Shown in pieces: positions 1-10,602 of a stretch of DNA of 64,000 bases. A program made the translations under genes and the position numbers. Positions within the stretch are counted from its first letter, which is position 1. Each line of letters begins with the position of its first letter. Source of the stretch: Dehalococcoidia bacterium (GTDB lineage: Bacteria; Chloroflexota; Dehalococcoidia; UBA2979); NCBI GenBank assembly GCA_965198045.1, contig CBDAOL010000012.1, positions 346,105 to 410,104 on the forward strand, read 5' to 3'. The notes under the pieces are model-generated. The model was not told where the DNA came from. It made no database searches and saw nothing but the letters and a program-made list of their open reading frames with translations.

Positions 1-569
1 ACGTCCCCTGTCGCGGGGTCTTGCTCGGTCGCGTCCTCCGAGAAGGTGATGTCGATCCGCACGGCGTCGTCCGCCACGGAACCGGGTCGGGTTCCGGGCC
101 GAGTGTTGTGCAGCCGCCACGTCGAGCCCAGATGTGTGTCTTCGAGACGCTCGATCGTCCATCCGACCGGGTGGAGGAACGAGAACCCTCCGTCTTCGCT
201 GGTGAAGCGCACTCGCTCCGTGCCGGGCGGCAGTGGACGGGCCACGGGCACCGCCACCCGCTCGGGGCCCAAGACAGTGCCAAAGCGATCGGTGACGACC
301 GGCGTCTGCGCCGGGGTGGGCGGCCTCGTCGGCAGTAGCGGTGGGCTCGGGATGATCGACGGGCGTGCGCCCGGCGGCGAGGCCGGTCGGGGAGTCGGCA
401 GGGCCGGTCGGGGACCGGTGCGTGGCGTCGGTGTCGGCGGAGGTGGCGGCGGCGCTGTCGGATGCTCGGGCAGGGCACCGGCATCAGAGCCGCCGTCGAG
501 GTTGGTCGCGATCAGGACGCTCGCCAGGAGCAGAGAGAGTGCCGCGCCGACAATCAGTAGTCGTCGCAT
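1..569 (-). CDS. Secreted proline-rich protein, 5'-partial in window (start ATG at 569, runs off left edge)
   Basis: Minus-strand frame open from 569 to the window edge. N-terminus MRRLLIVGAALSLLLASVLIA is signal-peptide-like, followed by a Pro-rich linker and a globular-looking region. The annotated + ORF 46..675 is its Gly-rich antisense artifact. Confidence 0.4.
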   Translation of the reverse strand, partial: MRRLLIVGAALSLLLASVLIATNLDGGSDAGALPEHPTAPPPPPPTPTPRTGPRPALPTPRPASPPGARPSIIPSPPLLPTRPPTPAQTPVVTDRFGTVLGPERVAVPVARPLPPGTERVRFTSEDGGFSFLHPVGWTIERLEDTHLGSTWRLHNTRPGTRPGSVADDAVRIDITFSEDATEQDPATGD

Positions 570-687
570 GGTGGTACCGCCCTACCGTGCGCGAGGCTGC
601 GAGCTTCTTGACTGGCCAGAAGCGATACGTCCTCAATCCCCAAAAGTCAGTCAGAATGAACCGCCCCGGGTTTAGTGGAGACTCGGT

Positions 688-1895
<1,208 letters not shown>

Positions 1896-2515
1896 CGCTC
1901 CATCCTCTCAAGGACTGGAGCCTCCAACATTCCCGGGGCGGTTCAGAAAGAGAGAAAGAGCTGCTGTGGTCTCGAGGAAGCACCCCGATGGTTCGGCTGA
2001 CACCTCTACTCTGACTGTAGAGACCTGAGGCAGCCGGAACTCCGTCCTCATCGTGGGGGACGTTAGGCGGTTTGCGACAGTGCGGCGGTGATTGAGATCA
2101 CGAGTATTACCGGCAACACCCGCTTCGTGCCGAGTACGACGTGAACCGCAAGGCGGCGGGGAGGTGAAGCGCCGTGGCGGGAAGTGGACGCTGGGCAGCT
2201 GGATCGTGCGTCGCGCGACGGGCCGCCTAGTCTTCCGCCGGATCGCCCGCGAACATATGTGGCCTTGGGCACAAGCTCGCGAGAGCTGCGTGACATGCCG
2301 AGCGCTATCACCGCCTCCGCGGCGAGGGAGAGCCCGCACTCGGCTCACCAAGGTCTTCAAGCAGCGGGCTCGTTCGGAGACGAAGCCGCCCGTCCCCGAG
2401 GCCGACACCGCCGTCCGCTTCCGAAATGGATGACCAGCGGACTGTGGTGAGGGAGCTGGTGGCGTGGGGTGCCTCTCGTGACTGGTTGTCATCCACGGGA
2501 CTGGCCCACGAGCAG

Positions 2516-3244
2516 CTAGATATGGCGCAGCAGCAGCGCGCCTGCTAACAGCACCGCGGCCGCGGCGAGGAGCTTCAACGGCAGCTCCCAGGTGCCGAGC
2601 AGCAGCTCGCGGCTCCAACGGTGCTCATCGTCGAACTCAACGCTGGCAGAGTGTGTCTGGCGTCTGACGTACCGTGCGGGCGAGCTCAGCTTGCGCTGTG
2701 CAAGGCTGAGCGCCGTCGCGGCGAGCGCGGCAAGCAGGATCGCTCCATTGAGAGATTCGCTCTGTGACCAGAACCCCGCCAACGTGGGAAAGGCGCCCCA
2801 CAACGCCGCGAAGCCGAGGTCGGAGTGCAGCGGCTCCGGCCACCCGAGTGCATACGCCGCAGCCAGTGCGATACCAACAATGGCCCAGGGGAGCACCCAG
2901 ATGGAGATCACTAACGTGCCGAGCCCCGCCACCACTAGCGCACCGCCGAAGCCGGCGAGCGCAAGGCCGAGAAGGACGCGATCGGGGAGCCCGGTCCTGA
3001 GCGGGCGTCCCTGCCACTCGTCAAGTGCGTGTGCCGCAAGGCCGAGCCCCAGGAGAAACGCAGCGAGGGTTCCCGCCAGGCGTAGCCACTCGATCTCGGG
3101 AGCGAGGGCAGAGCCGATCGCTACGTAGGAGAGGTGCCAGGCCGTGTACGGCGGGTGCAAGATTGCGAGCAGGTCGCGGAACGGACCTCCGGGATGCGCA
3201 TAGAAGGCTGGGGGCAGACGGTCGCTCACGGTCGTCGACCCCAC
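2516..3244 (-). CDS. Hypothetical integral membrane protein (multi-TM)
   Basis: 242 aa with several hydrophobic helices (LAAFLLGLGLAA, ALVVAGLGTLVISIWVLPWAIVGIALAAAYALGW). No family recognised. Overlaps the downstream methyltransferase by 19 nt. Confidence 0.5.
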   Translation of the reverse strand: MGSTTVSDRLPPAFYAHPGGPFRDLLAILHPPYTAWHLSYVAIGSALAPEIEWLRLAGTLAAFLLGLGLAAHALDEWQGRPLRTGLPDRVLLGLALAGFGGALVVAGLGTLVISIWVLPWAIVGIALAAAYALGWPEPLHSDLGFAALWGAFPTLAGFWSQSESLNGAILLAALAATALSLAQRKLSSPARYVRRQTHSASVEFDDEHRWSRELLLGTWELPLKLLAAAAVLLAGALLLRHI

Positions 3245-3918
3245 ATCAGCAGACCGCCCCCGAGCGAGCGTCGTTCAGTGCGGACGTCGATCAGCCCCGC
3301 CTCTGTCCACAACGCGCTCAACTCGCCTGGTGGGAACCGGCGATGGAAGCCGTCGATGCTTGGCCCAAGGAAGGTCCCCACCTGCCGCCAGCCGTGCCCG
3401 ATCACAGCGCCTGCCACGGGGAGTGCCACGCGCGTGTAGAGCCACCACGGCGGACCCGTGAGGCCGCGCGGTCGCCCGAATTCGACCATCCCGATGCGGC
3501 CGCCGGGGCGTAGCACCCGCACCAGCTCGCGCATGCAAGCCGCGGGGTCCGCGACGTAGCGCAGGAGGTAGGTGAAGGTCAGCGCATCGAAGGTTCCGTT
3601 GGGCACAGGCAGCTGCTCTGCGGTCGCGCGTACGACGCTGAGCCTCGCGGATCGAGCCTGCTCCAGCATGTCTCCGCTCTGGTCGAGTGCGACCACGTCG
3701 CATCCGCGTTCGCTCGCGAGTCGCGCCACGGACCCGGTTCCGCAGGCGACATCGAGCAGTCGCTCGCCCGCGCGGAGCTCGAGCCCTTCCATCATCGCCT
3801 GCCGCCATCTCGGGTCTTGATAGAGGCTGAGCACCGCCGCCCAGCGTTCGTAGTCCCGTGCGATGGGCTCGAAGAGCCCGAGGGCGACGGCGTTCGGCTG
3901 GTCCGCCATGCGGGGCAT
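3226..3918 (-). CDS. Class I SAM-dependent methyltransferase (UbiE/MenG-like)
   Basis: Motif I LDVACGTGSV, then RPGGRIGMVEF. Size and motifs match UbiE/COQ5-type methyltransferases. Confidence 0.8.
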   Translation of the reverse strand: MPRMADQPNAVALGLFEPIARDYERWAAVLSLYQDPRWRQAMMEGLELRAGERLLDVACGTGSVARLASERGCDVVALDQSGDMLEQARSARLSVVRATAEQLPVPNGTFDALTFTYLLRYVADPAACMRELVRVLRPGGRIGMVEFGRPRGLTGPPWWLYTRVALPVAGAVIGHGWRQVGTFLGPSIDGFHRRFPPGELSALWTEAGLIDVRTERRSLGGGLLMWGRRP

Positions 3919-4085
3919 CTTCGCATGGAGTCTGGAGCAACGGCTGACGATCTACTAGGGCAGCCGCTCCTCAACCCCCTTCGCGCGCGTCGCACCCTCC
4001 CCGCCGACCTCCTCGACCAAGCACTCGATCACCTCATCGCCGTCAACGAGGGCGGCGGGAGTCCGCGTGGCTATTGGGTTTGAGG

Positions 4086-4113
4086 TGGCGACCCCGAACG
4101 GATTCGAACCGTC
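4086..4113. repeat. 28-bp direct repeat identical to the 3' end (T-arm through CCA) of tRNA-Asp; putative attL-like boundary
   Basis: tggcgaccccgaacggattcgaaccgtc at 4086..4113 is identical to 15581..15608 inside the tRNA-Asp gene. Sequence diverges immediately beyond. No tRNA body is present here. Confidence 0.7.
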
Positions 4114-4531
4114 TAACTGCGAACCGCGTCTGGTACGTGGCTGCGTAGCCTACTCACAGTCGAGACTCACAGCACCGTAGCGAGTTCAATCGAGACAGAG
4201 CTACGCCGGGCTATCATCGCGCTCGACTCTCCGGCGGGACGCAGGCGGGTGCAGCAGGCGCCGAGCCAGCGAGCTCAGGCGAATTGTTGGGTGAGCTCGG
4301 CGAACTCCTGCAGTCGCGAGCGGCGAAAGAGGCTGACGAGCGTCCGCTGCTGACGTTCCTGTCTCCCGATTCCGACGACCCCTGGAAGCAGTCGCGACCT
4401 TGCTGCCGGACGGACTAGCGCTGGGACTCTTCGTTGTGCACACCGAGCCTCGGCAGCTCCTCCGTCATGCGCGCGATCTCGGCCTCGATCAGCTCCTGCC
4501 GCCGTCGCCGCATCCTCGAGATCAGGACGAC

Positions 4532-5614
4532 CTACACCGTCATCAGGCTTGGCGCCCCGAGTTCCGGCCCCATCTCGGCCTCGGTCAGCGGATAGGCCTC
4601 CTTGCGGTAGACCTGCACGCGGTTGTAGCCGAAGTCGGCAACGAACATCCGGTCGCCGTCGATGCGCACCGAGGCCGGAGCGCGGAAGCGCTTCTCCGAC
4701 TCAAGGGTGGTCATCTCGCGCTGACGCAGCACCCTGGCGTTCGCCATGATGTACTCGCGCCCCGACTTCGAGACGGTGGCGTCGCCGATGAAGCGCTCGA
4801 CGTAGCGGCCGTTGCGGTCAAACAGCACGACGCGGTCGTTGCCGCGGTCGGCCACATAGATGTCGCCGTGCTGGTCGACGGCCACGCCCGCCGGTCGGTT
4901 CAGCTCGCCCTCGCCGTCCCCGCTCGAACCGATCGAGAGCAATGGCTCGCCAGAGGGGCTGAACTTCTGCACCCGGTCGTTGCGCCAGTTGCCGATGTAG
5001 ATGCAGCCCTCGGCGTCGAGGGCGATGCCCCACGGCATGTCGAGCTCACCGGGACCGCTGCCGTGCGTGCCGAAGCCATCGATGTACTTGCCCTCGACGG
5101 TGAAGCGCTGCACGCGGTGGTTCATCGTGTCGACCACGAGCAGGCGCCCCTCGCCGTCGAGGGCCATGTGCGCCGGGCGGTCGAGCTGGCCCGGCTCGCT
5201 CCCGTGCTCGCCCCACTCCGCCACTTGCTCGCACTCGCGCGTGATGGTGGTGATCGTGTGCGTGCCCTCGTCCGAGACGATCAGCCGCTCGTCGGGGTCG
5301 CAGATGATCCCGACGGGCCAGGCCCAACCACCGCGGAAGGGGTCAAACTTCCTGACCTCTTCGTTAGGGCGACTGATCAATCCAAGCTCCTCGTCGTCCC
5401 TGTTGATGACCAGGATCACGCCGCCCGCCTCGAACGGCCCCCGTCGGAGGCAATACACCCGACCCTCGTTGCCGAGGGCGATGTCGATCGGGTACCGCGA
5501 GCTGGTGTGCATCCCGATCGTCTTCTCGTAGGGGAAGCCCGCGCGCAGCAGCCCCGCGAACGTGCCGCTGGCGCTCGCCCCATCGCTCGCGCCGCCGTTC
5601 GTCTCCGCCGTCAT
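4532..5614 (-). CDS. NHL-repeat (six-bladed beta-propeller) protein
   Basis: 360 aa with repeated …G.l..P.GiAvD..G.iYVaD..N.RVq.F… units (RPAGVAVDQHGDIYVADRGNDRVVLFD, MPWGIALDAEGCIYIGNWRNDRVQKFS). Confidence 0.8.
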   Translation of the reverse strand: MTAETNGGASDGASASGTFAGLLRAGFPYEKTIGMHTSSRYPIDIALGNEGRVYCLRRGPFEAGGVILVINRDDEELGLISRPNEEVRKFDPFRGGWAWPVGIICDPDERLIVSDEGTHTITTITRECEQVAEWGEHGSEPGQLDRPAHMALDGEGRLLVVDTMNHRVQRFTVEGKYIDGFGTHGSGPGELDMPWGIALDAEGCIYIGNWRNDRVQKFSPSGEPLLSIGSSGDGEGELNRPAGVAVDQHGDIYVADRGNDRVVLFDRNGRYVERFIGDATVSKSGREYIMANARVLRQREMTTLESEKRFRAPASVRIDGDRMFVADFGYNRVQVYRKEAYPLTEAEMGPELGAPSLMTV

Positions 5615-6771
5615 CGCGCCGCCCCTGCCGTGGCCATCGCCTTGTACGGGTTGATCTGCTCAAACGTGCCGCCCACGATCGCGCTCGGGTCGACCCCCAT
5701 CCACTGGTCGAGCACCGTGCTGTAGACGCTGCGGAAGTCGATCGTGTGCCGCATATCCTCGCCGTAGAGCCAGTCCTTCTGCTCGATCGAGGGGTACTCG
5801 CCATAGAGGCCGCCCTCCACGCGGTCGCCGATCAGGTAGGCGCCGCCCCCAGAGCCGTGATCCGTACCGGAGCCGTTGTCCTTGATGCGACGGCCGAACT
5901 CGGAGAAGACGAGCACCACCACCTCATCGGACGCGTCGTGTTCCCGCAGATCCTGCATGAAGTCGCTGACCGCCTCGGTCAGCTCGGTGAGCAGCCCCGG
6001 CAGCATCGTCGACTCGTTCGAGTGCAGGTCGTAGCCCGCATGCTGTGTGTAGAAGATGCGCGTCCCCAGCCCCGCGGTGTGAACGCGGGCCACGTCGCGC
6101 AGCGCCTGCGCGATCGGGTTCGGCGCGTACTCGACCTCGGACGAGTAGCGCCCGGGCACGTCCTTCAGCATGTCAGCGCTCTTCAGCACGCTGCGCCCGG
6201 TCTGCGCCAGGTAGTCCTGCACGATCCCGGTCCCGACCGGCGTGTACATGCGGCGGAAGCTGTCGAGGTCCTTGCCCCGCTCCTCCTCCGCCTCGACGTC
6301 TGTCATCAACCCGAACTGATCGAGGTCGCCCACCGAGGTCACGGTCACGCCCGACGCGGCGAGCGCCCGAGGCAGATCGAGGCCGAAGCTGACGGCGGTC
6401 AGCGGGTTCTCCGATGCGGCGTCAAACTCGCGTGTCACCTTCGCGAGCCAGCCCTCGGTGGCGATTTCATCCGGCTCGCAGGTGTGCCAGATGTCCATGG
6501 CGCGGAAGTGGGAGCGGCTCGAGTTCTCCCAGCCGACGCCCTGCACAACGGCGACGTGGCCTGCGTCGTAGAGCTCCTTGAGCGCCTTCGCCGCCGGGTG
6601 CCAGGCCAGCTCGTCGTCGAGCGGCAGCGCGTCCTCCATCGGCACCATGACGTGCGGGCGGGCATCGCGGATGACGCCGCTCTGGTAGGGGATGAGCGTG
6701 TTCAGGAAGTCCAGCCCGCCGCTGAGCTGGATCACCACCAGCACCGGGGGCTTCTGTAGCTTCGTCGTCAT
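5611..6771 (-). CDS. DUF1501-family protein (sulfatase-like fold)
   Basis: 386 aa with the SGTDHG motif and overall DUF1501 composition. Sits immediately downstream of a DUF1800 gene, the conserved pairing. Confidence 0.85.
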   Translation of the reverse strand: MTTKLQKPPVLVVIQLSGGLDFLNTLIPYQSGVIRDARPHVMVPMEDALPLDDELAWHPAAKALKELYDAGHVAVVQGVGWENSSRSHFRAMDIWHTCEPDEIATEGWLAKVTREFDAASENPLTAVSFGLDLPRALAASGVTVTSVGDLDQFGLMTDVEAEEERGKDLDSFRRMYTPVGTGIVQDYLAQTGRSVLKSADMLKDVPGRYSSEVEYAPNPIAQALRDVARVHTAGLGTRIFYTQHAGYDLHSNESTMLPGLLTELTEAVSDFMQDLREHDASDEVVVLVFSEFGRRIKDNGSGTDHGSGGGAYLIGDRVEGGLYGEYPSIEQKDWLYGEDMRHTIDFRSVYSTVLDQWMGVDPSAIVGGTFEQINPYKAMATAGAAR

Positions 6772-6783
6772 CGTTGGCCCTCC

Positions 6784-8172
6784 CTAGGCGAACTGGTACT
6801 CGGGCGTGGCCACGATCAGCTGCACCATCCGTCCGATGCGGCCCTCGGCCTCCTCGCTCGCTCCGTTGCCGAACGAGAGCGGGCCCCCCTCCTCCGCGCG
6901 CTCCACGAGCGTCGCCCGCGTCTGCGCGCTCACATCGAGCGGGCCGCAGAGGTCGAGGCAGCGGTCGACCAACTCCTCGGGCGTCGCGTCCCCGGCGGCG
7001 GCGACGCGCTCGACGATCGCGGCGATGCCCGGCTTCGAGGTGTCCATCACCTGCTCGACCGCGAAATTGACGCGCTGGGTGAGTGTGCCGGAGTTGATCC
7101 ACCCTTGGCCCGTGTGCCAGCCCTCGACGGAGGGCGGGTTCATCAGGTCCTGACCCATCAGCCTCGTCGCCCGCGAGAGCCGCATCACCGAGAATTCGGG
7201 GAAGCGCGGCGCACCGACGAGCTTGATCACCCCACCGACGAACTCGGCCGGGCTCTTGACGCGCTGGAACCGCGCCGCCTTGAAAAAGTCGGAGTTGAGC
7301 AGCGTCCGCATCACCTCGCGGATATCGCCGTCGGACTCGACGAATGTGGCGGCGAGCGCGTCGACCGCGGCCTGGTCCCGCGGCGGCTCCTCGTTCCACG
7401 AGGGCACCGGCGGCTCGTCGGCGACGAAGAAGTTGTAGAGGTGCCGGCCGATGAACCGGGCGCAGGCCTCCTGCTTGACGATCACCTCGATCACGTCCTC
7501 GCCGTCGACGACGGTCTGGCCGAGGAACGTCTTCTGCTCGCTGTCGTGGTCCGCCTCGTCGAACTTGAAGAGGGAGTCGCCGATGCCGTAGGGGAAGTAC
7601 GAGAGCGGCTGCGTGAACGTCCAACCTGTGAACGCCCGCGCCACCTCCTTGATGTCGTCCTCGCTGTAGTTGCCGACGCCCAGCGAGAAGAGCTCGAGCA
7701 GTTCGCGCGCGTAGTTCTCGTTGTTCGCGTGCGCGTGGTTCTCCGAGTTGTCGAGCCAGTCGATCATCGCCGGGTCGCGCGAGAGGTCGAGCAGGATCTG
7801 GCGCATGTCGCCGAGCCCATTCTCGCGGAAGAGCTCAATCTGCGCCGCCGACGCCCGGGCATGCGAGCCAAACCCTGTCGCGAAGACCTGGTGCCAGAAC
7901 AGCGCCATCTTCTCGCGCAGCGGGCGACGGCCGCCCGCCAGGCTGTGCAGCCAGCGCGACGCCCAGGCCCCCCTTACTTCGGGGTTGGTTGACGTCGGGA
8001 GGTAACGGTCGAGTATGTCCCGGTCGGGATCGCCCAGCGCCTCAGGGTGCAGAAACTCCTCGACGACCTCTTCGTAGGGACGCTCGACCAACTCCTCGAG
8101 TTCGTCCCGCGTCGCGCCCACTCCGACGCGGCGCATCAGGTGCGCCATCAACTCAATGTGGTCGTCCGCCAT
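6784..8172 (-). CDS. DUF1800-family protein
   Basis: DUF1800-like sequence (…HLMRRVGVGAT…, FWHQVFATG, ENYARELLELFSLGVGNYSEDD). Real start is at MADDHIELMAHL (cat at 8170..8172). The 105 upstream codons in the track ORF (to 8487) are Arg-rich junk. Confidence 0.8.
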   Translation of the reverse strand: MADDHIELMAHLMRRVGVGATRDELEELVERPYEEVVEEFLHPEALGDPDRDILDRYLPTSTNPEVRGAWASRWLHSLAGGRRPLREKMALFWHQVFATGFGSHARASAAQIELFRENGLGDMRQILLDLSRDPAMIDWLDNSENHAHANNENYARELLELFSLGVGNYSEDDIKEVARAFTGWTFTQPLSYFPYGIGDSLFKFDEADHDSEQKTFLGQTVVDGEDVIEVIVKQEACARFIGRHLYNFFVADEPPVPSWNEEPPRDQAAVDALAATFVESDGDIREVMRTLLNSDFFKAARFQRVKSPAEFVGGVIKLVGAPRFPEFSVMRLSRATRLMGQDLMNPPSVEGWHTGQGWINSGTLTQRVNFAVEQVMDTSKPGIAAIVERVAAAGDATPEELVDRCLDLCGPLDVSAQTRATLVERAEEGGPLSFGNGASEEAEGRIGRMVQLIVATPEYQFA

Positions 8173-8659
8173 GGGAACCCCGCTCTCCAGCGTCCCCGGC
8201 CGCTGGTGGCGTCGGCTGTCAGCATCAGCAGCTACTGCTCTTATATCACGTACGTCGGGGCGCGCTGCGCGTCGTGGTAGGCGAGGCGTTTCGCTCGCAG
8301 GGCCTCGGCCGCGCGCTTGTGCCGTAGCTCCCAGAAGTTCGGTGCGCACTTGCAGTGTGAGGGGCGAGAATCGCCCTGAGTGACACCCATCTCGTGCTAC
8401 CCTCGCGGCCGCTGGGACGGTCGTCAGTGGGGAAACCGGCTCACGCCGGACGACATGGCGGCTCCCCCAGCAGCCTTCTCCCCGCACGCAGCGCTCGCGC
8501 GGGTGATGCGCCAGACCCCCTTATGGCACGTAACGATTCAGCCGCATAGCGACAGCGATAGGGTCCGCCCTGAACACGTTTCGAGCCGAGCTCGATGCAA
8601 AGCTCGCCGGCCCCGTTGCGCTCGACGACTACCGCGAGCTCGCCGAGAACATCTCGGAC

Positions 8660-8893
8660 ATGAAGCGCATCATGACGGCGCCACCAAAGGAGCGGTGGCA
8701 GGTTGTGGCTTCGTTGATCGAGCAGAGCTGGATCGACCTTGGCGAGAAACGACTGATGTACGTCTCTCCTGTTGCGGAACTCTTGCGACCTGCTCGACGC
8801 CGCAGCATCACGATCGTGCTAAGGGTATGGTGGAGACGAGGGGACGTAAATCCCGGTAACACCGCCGCTCGCTCGCGATCTGACCCCATGTGA
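8660..8893 (+). CDS. Small hypothetical protein (possible remnant of a longer decayed gene)
   Basis: Protein-like translation MKRIMTAPPKERWQVVASLIEQSWIDLGEKRLMYVSPVAELL. The same frame is open and protein-like from 8534 (…NTFRAELDAKLAGPVALDDYRELAENISD…) with no start codon. By eye the segment is lower-GC than its surroundings. Confidence 0.25.
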   Translation: MKRIMTAPPKERWQVVASLIEQSWIDLGEKRLMYVSPVAELLRPARRRSITIVLRVWWRRGDVNPGNTAARSRSDPM

Positions 8894-8953
8894 ATCCGGT
8901 GACCCCATCCCCGCCGAGAAAGTAGCGAGGGACCCCTGAGGCTCCGGCACGCG

Positions 8954-8979
8954 GGTAACACCGCTGCGGTAACACCGCC
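8954..8979. repeat. Tandem direct repeats GGTAACACCGC(T/C) (two adjacent copies; a third at 8855..8866)
   Basis: ggtaacaccgc at 8954..8964 and ggtaacaccgcc at 8968..8979, with another ggtaacaccgcc at 8855..8866. All lie in the non-coding stretch upstream of the DinB-family gene. Confidence 0.5.
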
Positions 8980-9002
8980 GCCGTCGGCGTATTCTGTCGC
9001 GG

Positions 9003-9605
9003 ATGAGTGACTTCATCGAAGATCTCTACCGCCAGAACGAGTGGGCGAACCCGACGATCATCGAGGTATGTCGGGGGCTCACCAGCGAGCAGCTCGACGC
9101 CACGGCGCCCGGGGCATTCGGATCGATCCGGAGCACGCTGATGCACCTCGTCGGGGCGGAGGCGCGCAACGTGCGGCGTCTCGGCGCCACACCGGCGCGT
9201 GAGCTCGCCTCGCGCGGGGCCCGGTGGCAGGGCTTCGATCCACTTGAGGACGTCGTGCGTTCGAGCGCCGAGGGATTGATCGAGCGTGCTCACGCCGTTG
9301 GTAACTCGACGATCGTCGTGGAGGAAGCACCGGGGGTGCGCTTCGAGATCGAAGCGAACGTGCTGCTGCTGCAGGTGATCAACGGCACGGACCACCGCAG
9401 CCAGATCTGCACGATCCTCACGGAACTGGGCGCGCTGCCGCCCTCGACGGACGACGAAGGTCAGACGATCGTAGACGCTTGGGCATGGTCCGACGCGATG
9501 GGCCTCGCAAGTCGCTTGCACAGAACTGAGCCGGAACGGCTGCTGCACACTTGGAATCTGGGCCCGCTGCACTTTCGTCGATTACAGCAATCGTCGATGT
9601 GCTGA
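9003..9605 (+). CDS. DinB/YfiT-family (DinB_2) four-helix-bundle metal-dependent protein
   Basis: 200 aa. …WANPTIIEVCRGLTSEQLD…GSIRSTLMHLVGAEA… matches the DinB_2 / mycothiol-maleylpyruvate-isomerase N-terminal-like pattern. Confidence 0.75.
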   Translation: MSDFIEDLYRQNEWANPTIIEVCRGLTSEQLDATAPGAFGSIRSTLMHLVGAEARNVRRLGATPARELASRGARWQGFDPLEDVVRSSAEGLIERAHAVGNSTIVVEEAPGVRFEIEANVLLLQVINGTDHRSQICTILTELGALPPSTDDEGQTIVDAWAWSDAMGLASRLHRTEPERLLHTWNLGPLHFRRLQQSSMC

Positions 9606-9608
9606 ACG

Positions 9609-10331
9609 GTGACGACAGGTTGCAGCCCCGCGTCGGGGCACCTCAGGCTCAGCCGCATGAACACGATGACGCCGGTCGTCGGATACACGAGCAGCACCGT
9701 TGCTGAAGTCGCCTATTGCGGCGTAACCGAAGCGGCTCAGCGCATGCGGATCGCCGAGCGAGCCGAGCGCGAGAACTGGCATGTGCTCTGGCTGGACGAC
9801 GACGGACAGCGCAGCGGCACGACGATCAGCCCGGCCCTCACTGAAGCGCTGCGCCTGCTTAGCTCTGGCGAGCGCGGCGCGCTGGTGGCGGCTTCGCTGC
9901 GGCACGTCACGCGCTCCACGCGGATGCTGAGCACGCTGCTCCATCGAAGCAAGAGCGACCGATGGTCACTCGTCGCTCCACCGATCGATACCCGTTCTCC
10001 TTTGGGGCAAGCTGACGCTGATGCGTGGCTCGCGCTGTTGCACTTCCAGCACGAGTCGCGCTCAGCGTCGGCCAGTGAAGCGCTGGCCGAACGCGCCGCT
10101 CGCGGTGTTCAACTCGGGCGGCCGCTCCGGACACCACATCCGGTCATCGACCGCATCGTCACGGAGCGCGACGCGGGAGCGACGCTGCGCGAGATTGCCG
10201 ACCGACTCACTGCTGACCACATCCACGGTTCGCAAGGAGCCGAGCGCTGGCATCCGTCCACGGTGGCGAGTGTGCTGCGCACGGCTGAACGAATGAGAGG
10301 AGCGATCAATGAGTCCACGACGGTTGCGTGA
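9609..10331 (+). CDS. Resolvase/serine-recombinase-like protein with C-terminal HTH, apparently degenerate at the catalytic serine
   Basis: DDDGQRSGTTISPALTEALRLL…LVAASLRHVTRSTRMLSTLL resembles the resolvase catalytic domain (D.G.SG…RP…R…R). Where Y-x-R-V-S-T is expected it reads GYTSSTV (Ser to Thr, Arg missing). C-terminus ATLREIADRLTADHIHG…STVASVLR is HTH-like. Start probably at MNTMTPVV (9657). Confidence 0.5.
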   Translation: MTTGCSPASGHLRLSRMNTMTPVVGYTSSTVAEVAYCGVTEAAQRMRIAERAERENWHVLWLDDDGQRSGTTISPALTEALRLLSSGERGALVAASLRHVTRSTRMLSTLLHRSKSDRWSLVAPPIDTRSPLGQADADAWLALLHFQHESRSASASEALAERAARGVQLGRPLRTPHPVIDRIVTERDAGATLREIADRLTADHIHGSQGAERWHPSTVASVLRTAERMRGAINESTTVA

Positions 10332-10602
10332 CCTGACTATCGATCGCGTGGCGATTGTCGATCGCGGCGCGGACCAAGATGCGGAGATCGTGATGTGGAA
10401 ACGCTTCGAGGGCGATGACACCACCAGCGACGGCGAGTCGGCCGAGGTGGCTATCGAGAAGATGGCCAAGTCGATCTGGGAGAGCGTGCCGTTCGGCGAT
10501 CTGACACGCGAGCAGGCTTACGCTGCCGCGCTGGAGACGCCTGAGGGCCGCGAGCTGTACTCGGCTTACAAGGCTCGGCGGCCGGGGTACACCGATGACT
10601 AG
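10309..10602 (+). CDS. Hypothetical small protein (phage-like)
   Basis: 97-aa acidic ORF with protein-like composition. Its stop overlaps the next ORF start (ATGA-type overlap at 10595..10602). Confidence 0.35.
   Translation: MSPRRLRDLTIDRVAIVDRGADQDAEIVMWKRFEGDDTTSDGESAEVAIEKMAKSIWESVPFGDLTREQAYAAALETPEGRELYSAYKARRPGYTDD

Noticed and set aside
46-675. 209-aa Gly-rich + strand ORF at the left edge.
   Set aside because: It is the antisense of the Pro-rich minus-strand secreted-protein gene: poly-Gly here equals poly-Pro on the other strand. The minus-strand product has a signal peptide and protein-like composition.
4081-4170. A possible second tRNA gene at the left repeat.
   Set aside because: Only the 28-nt T-arm-to-CCA segment is present. 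The upstream sequence has no matching acceptor 5' strand, D-arm or anticodon arm, so it is an att-site remnant and not a tRNA.
4400-5725. 441-aa + strand ORF antisense to the NHL-repeat gene. Similar long antisense ORFs occur at 5746..6759, 6467..7624, 7105..7992, 11918..12805, 12866..13654, 17469..19079, 17611..18924, 21246..22319, 25720..26787, 26346..28112, 28793..29740, 33394..34425, 34522..35943, 36062..37456, 51887..53683, 55934..56809, 56656..57840 and 61654..63126.
   Set aside because: High-GC genomes generate long stop-free antisense frames. The translations are Arg/Pro/Gly/Ala-rich low-complexity sequence with no domain signatures. In each case a well-supported gene occupies the opposite strand or another frame.
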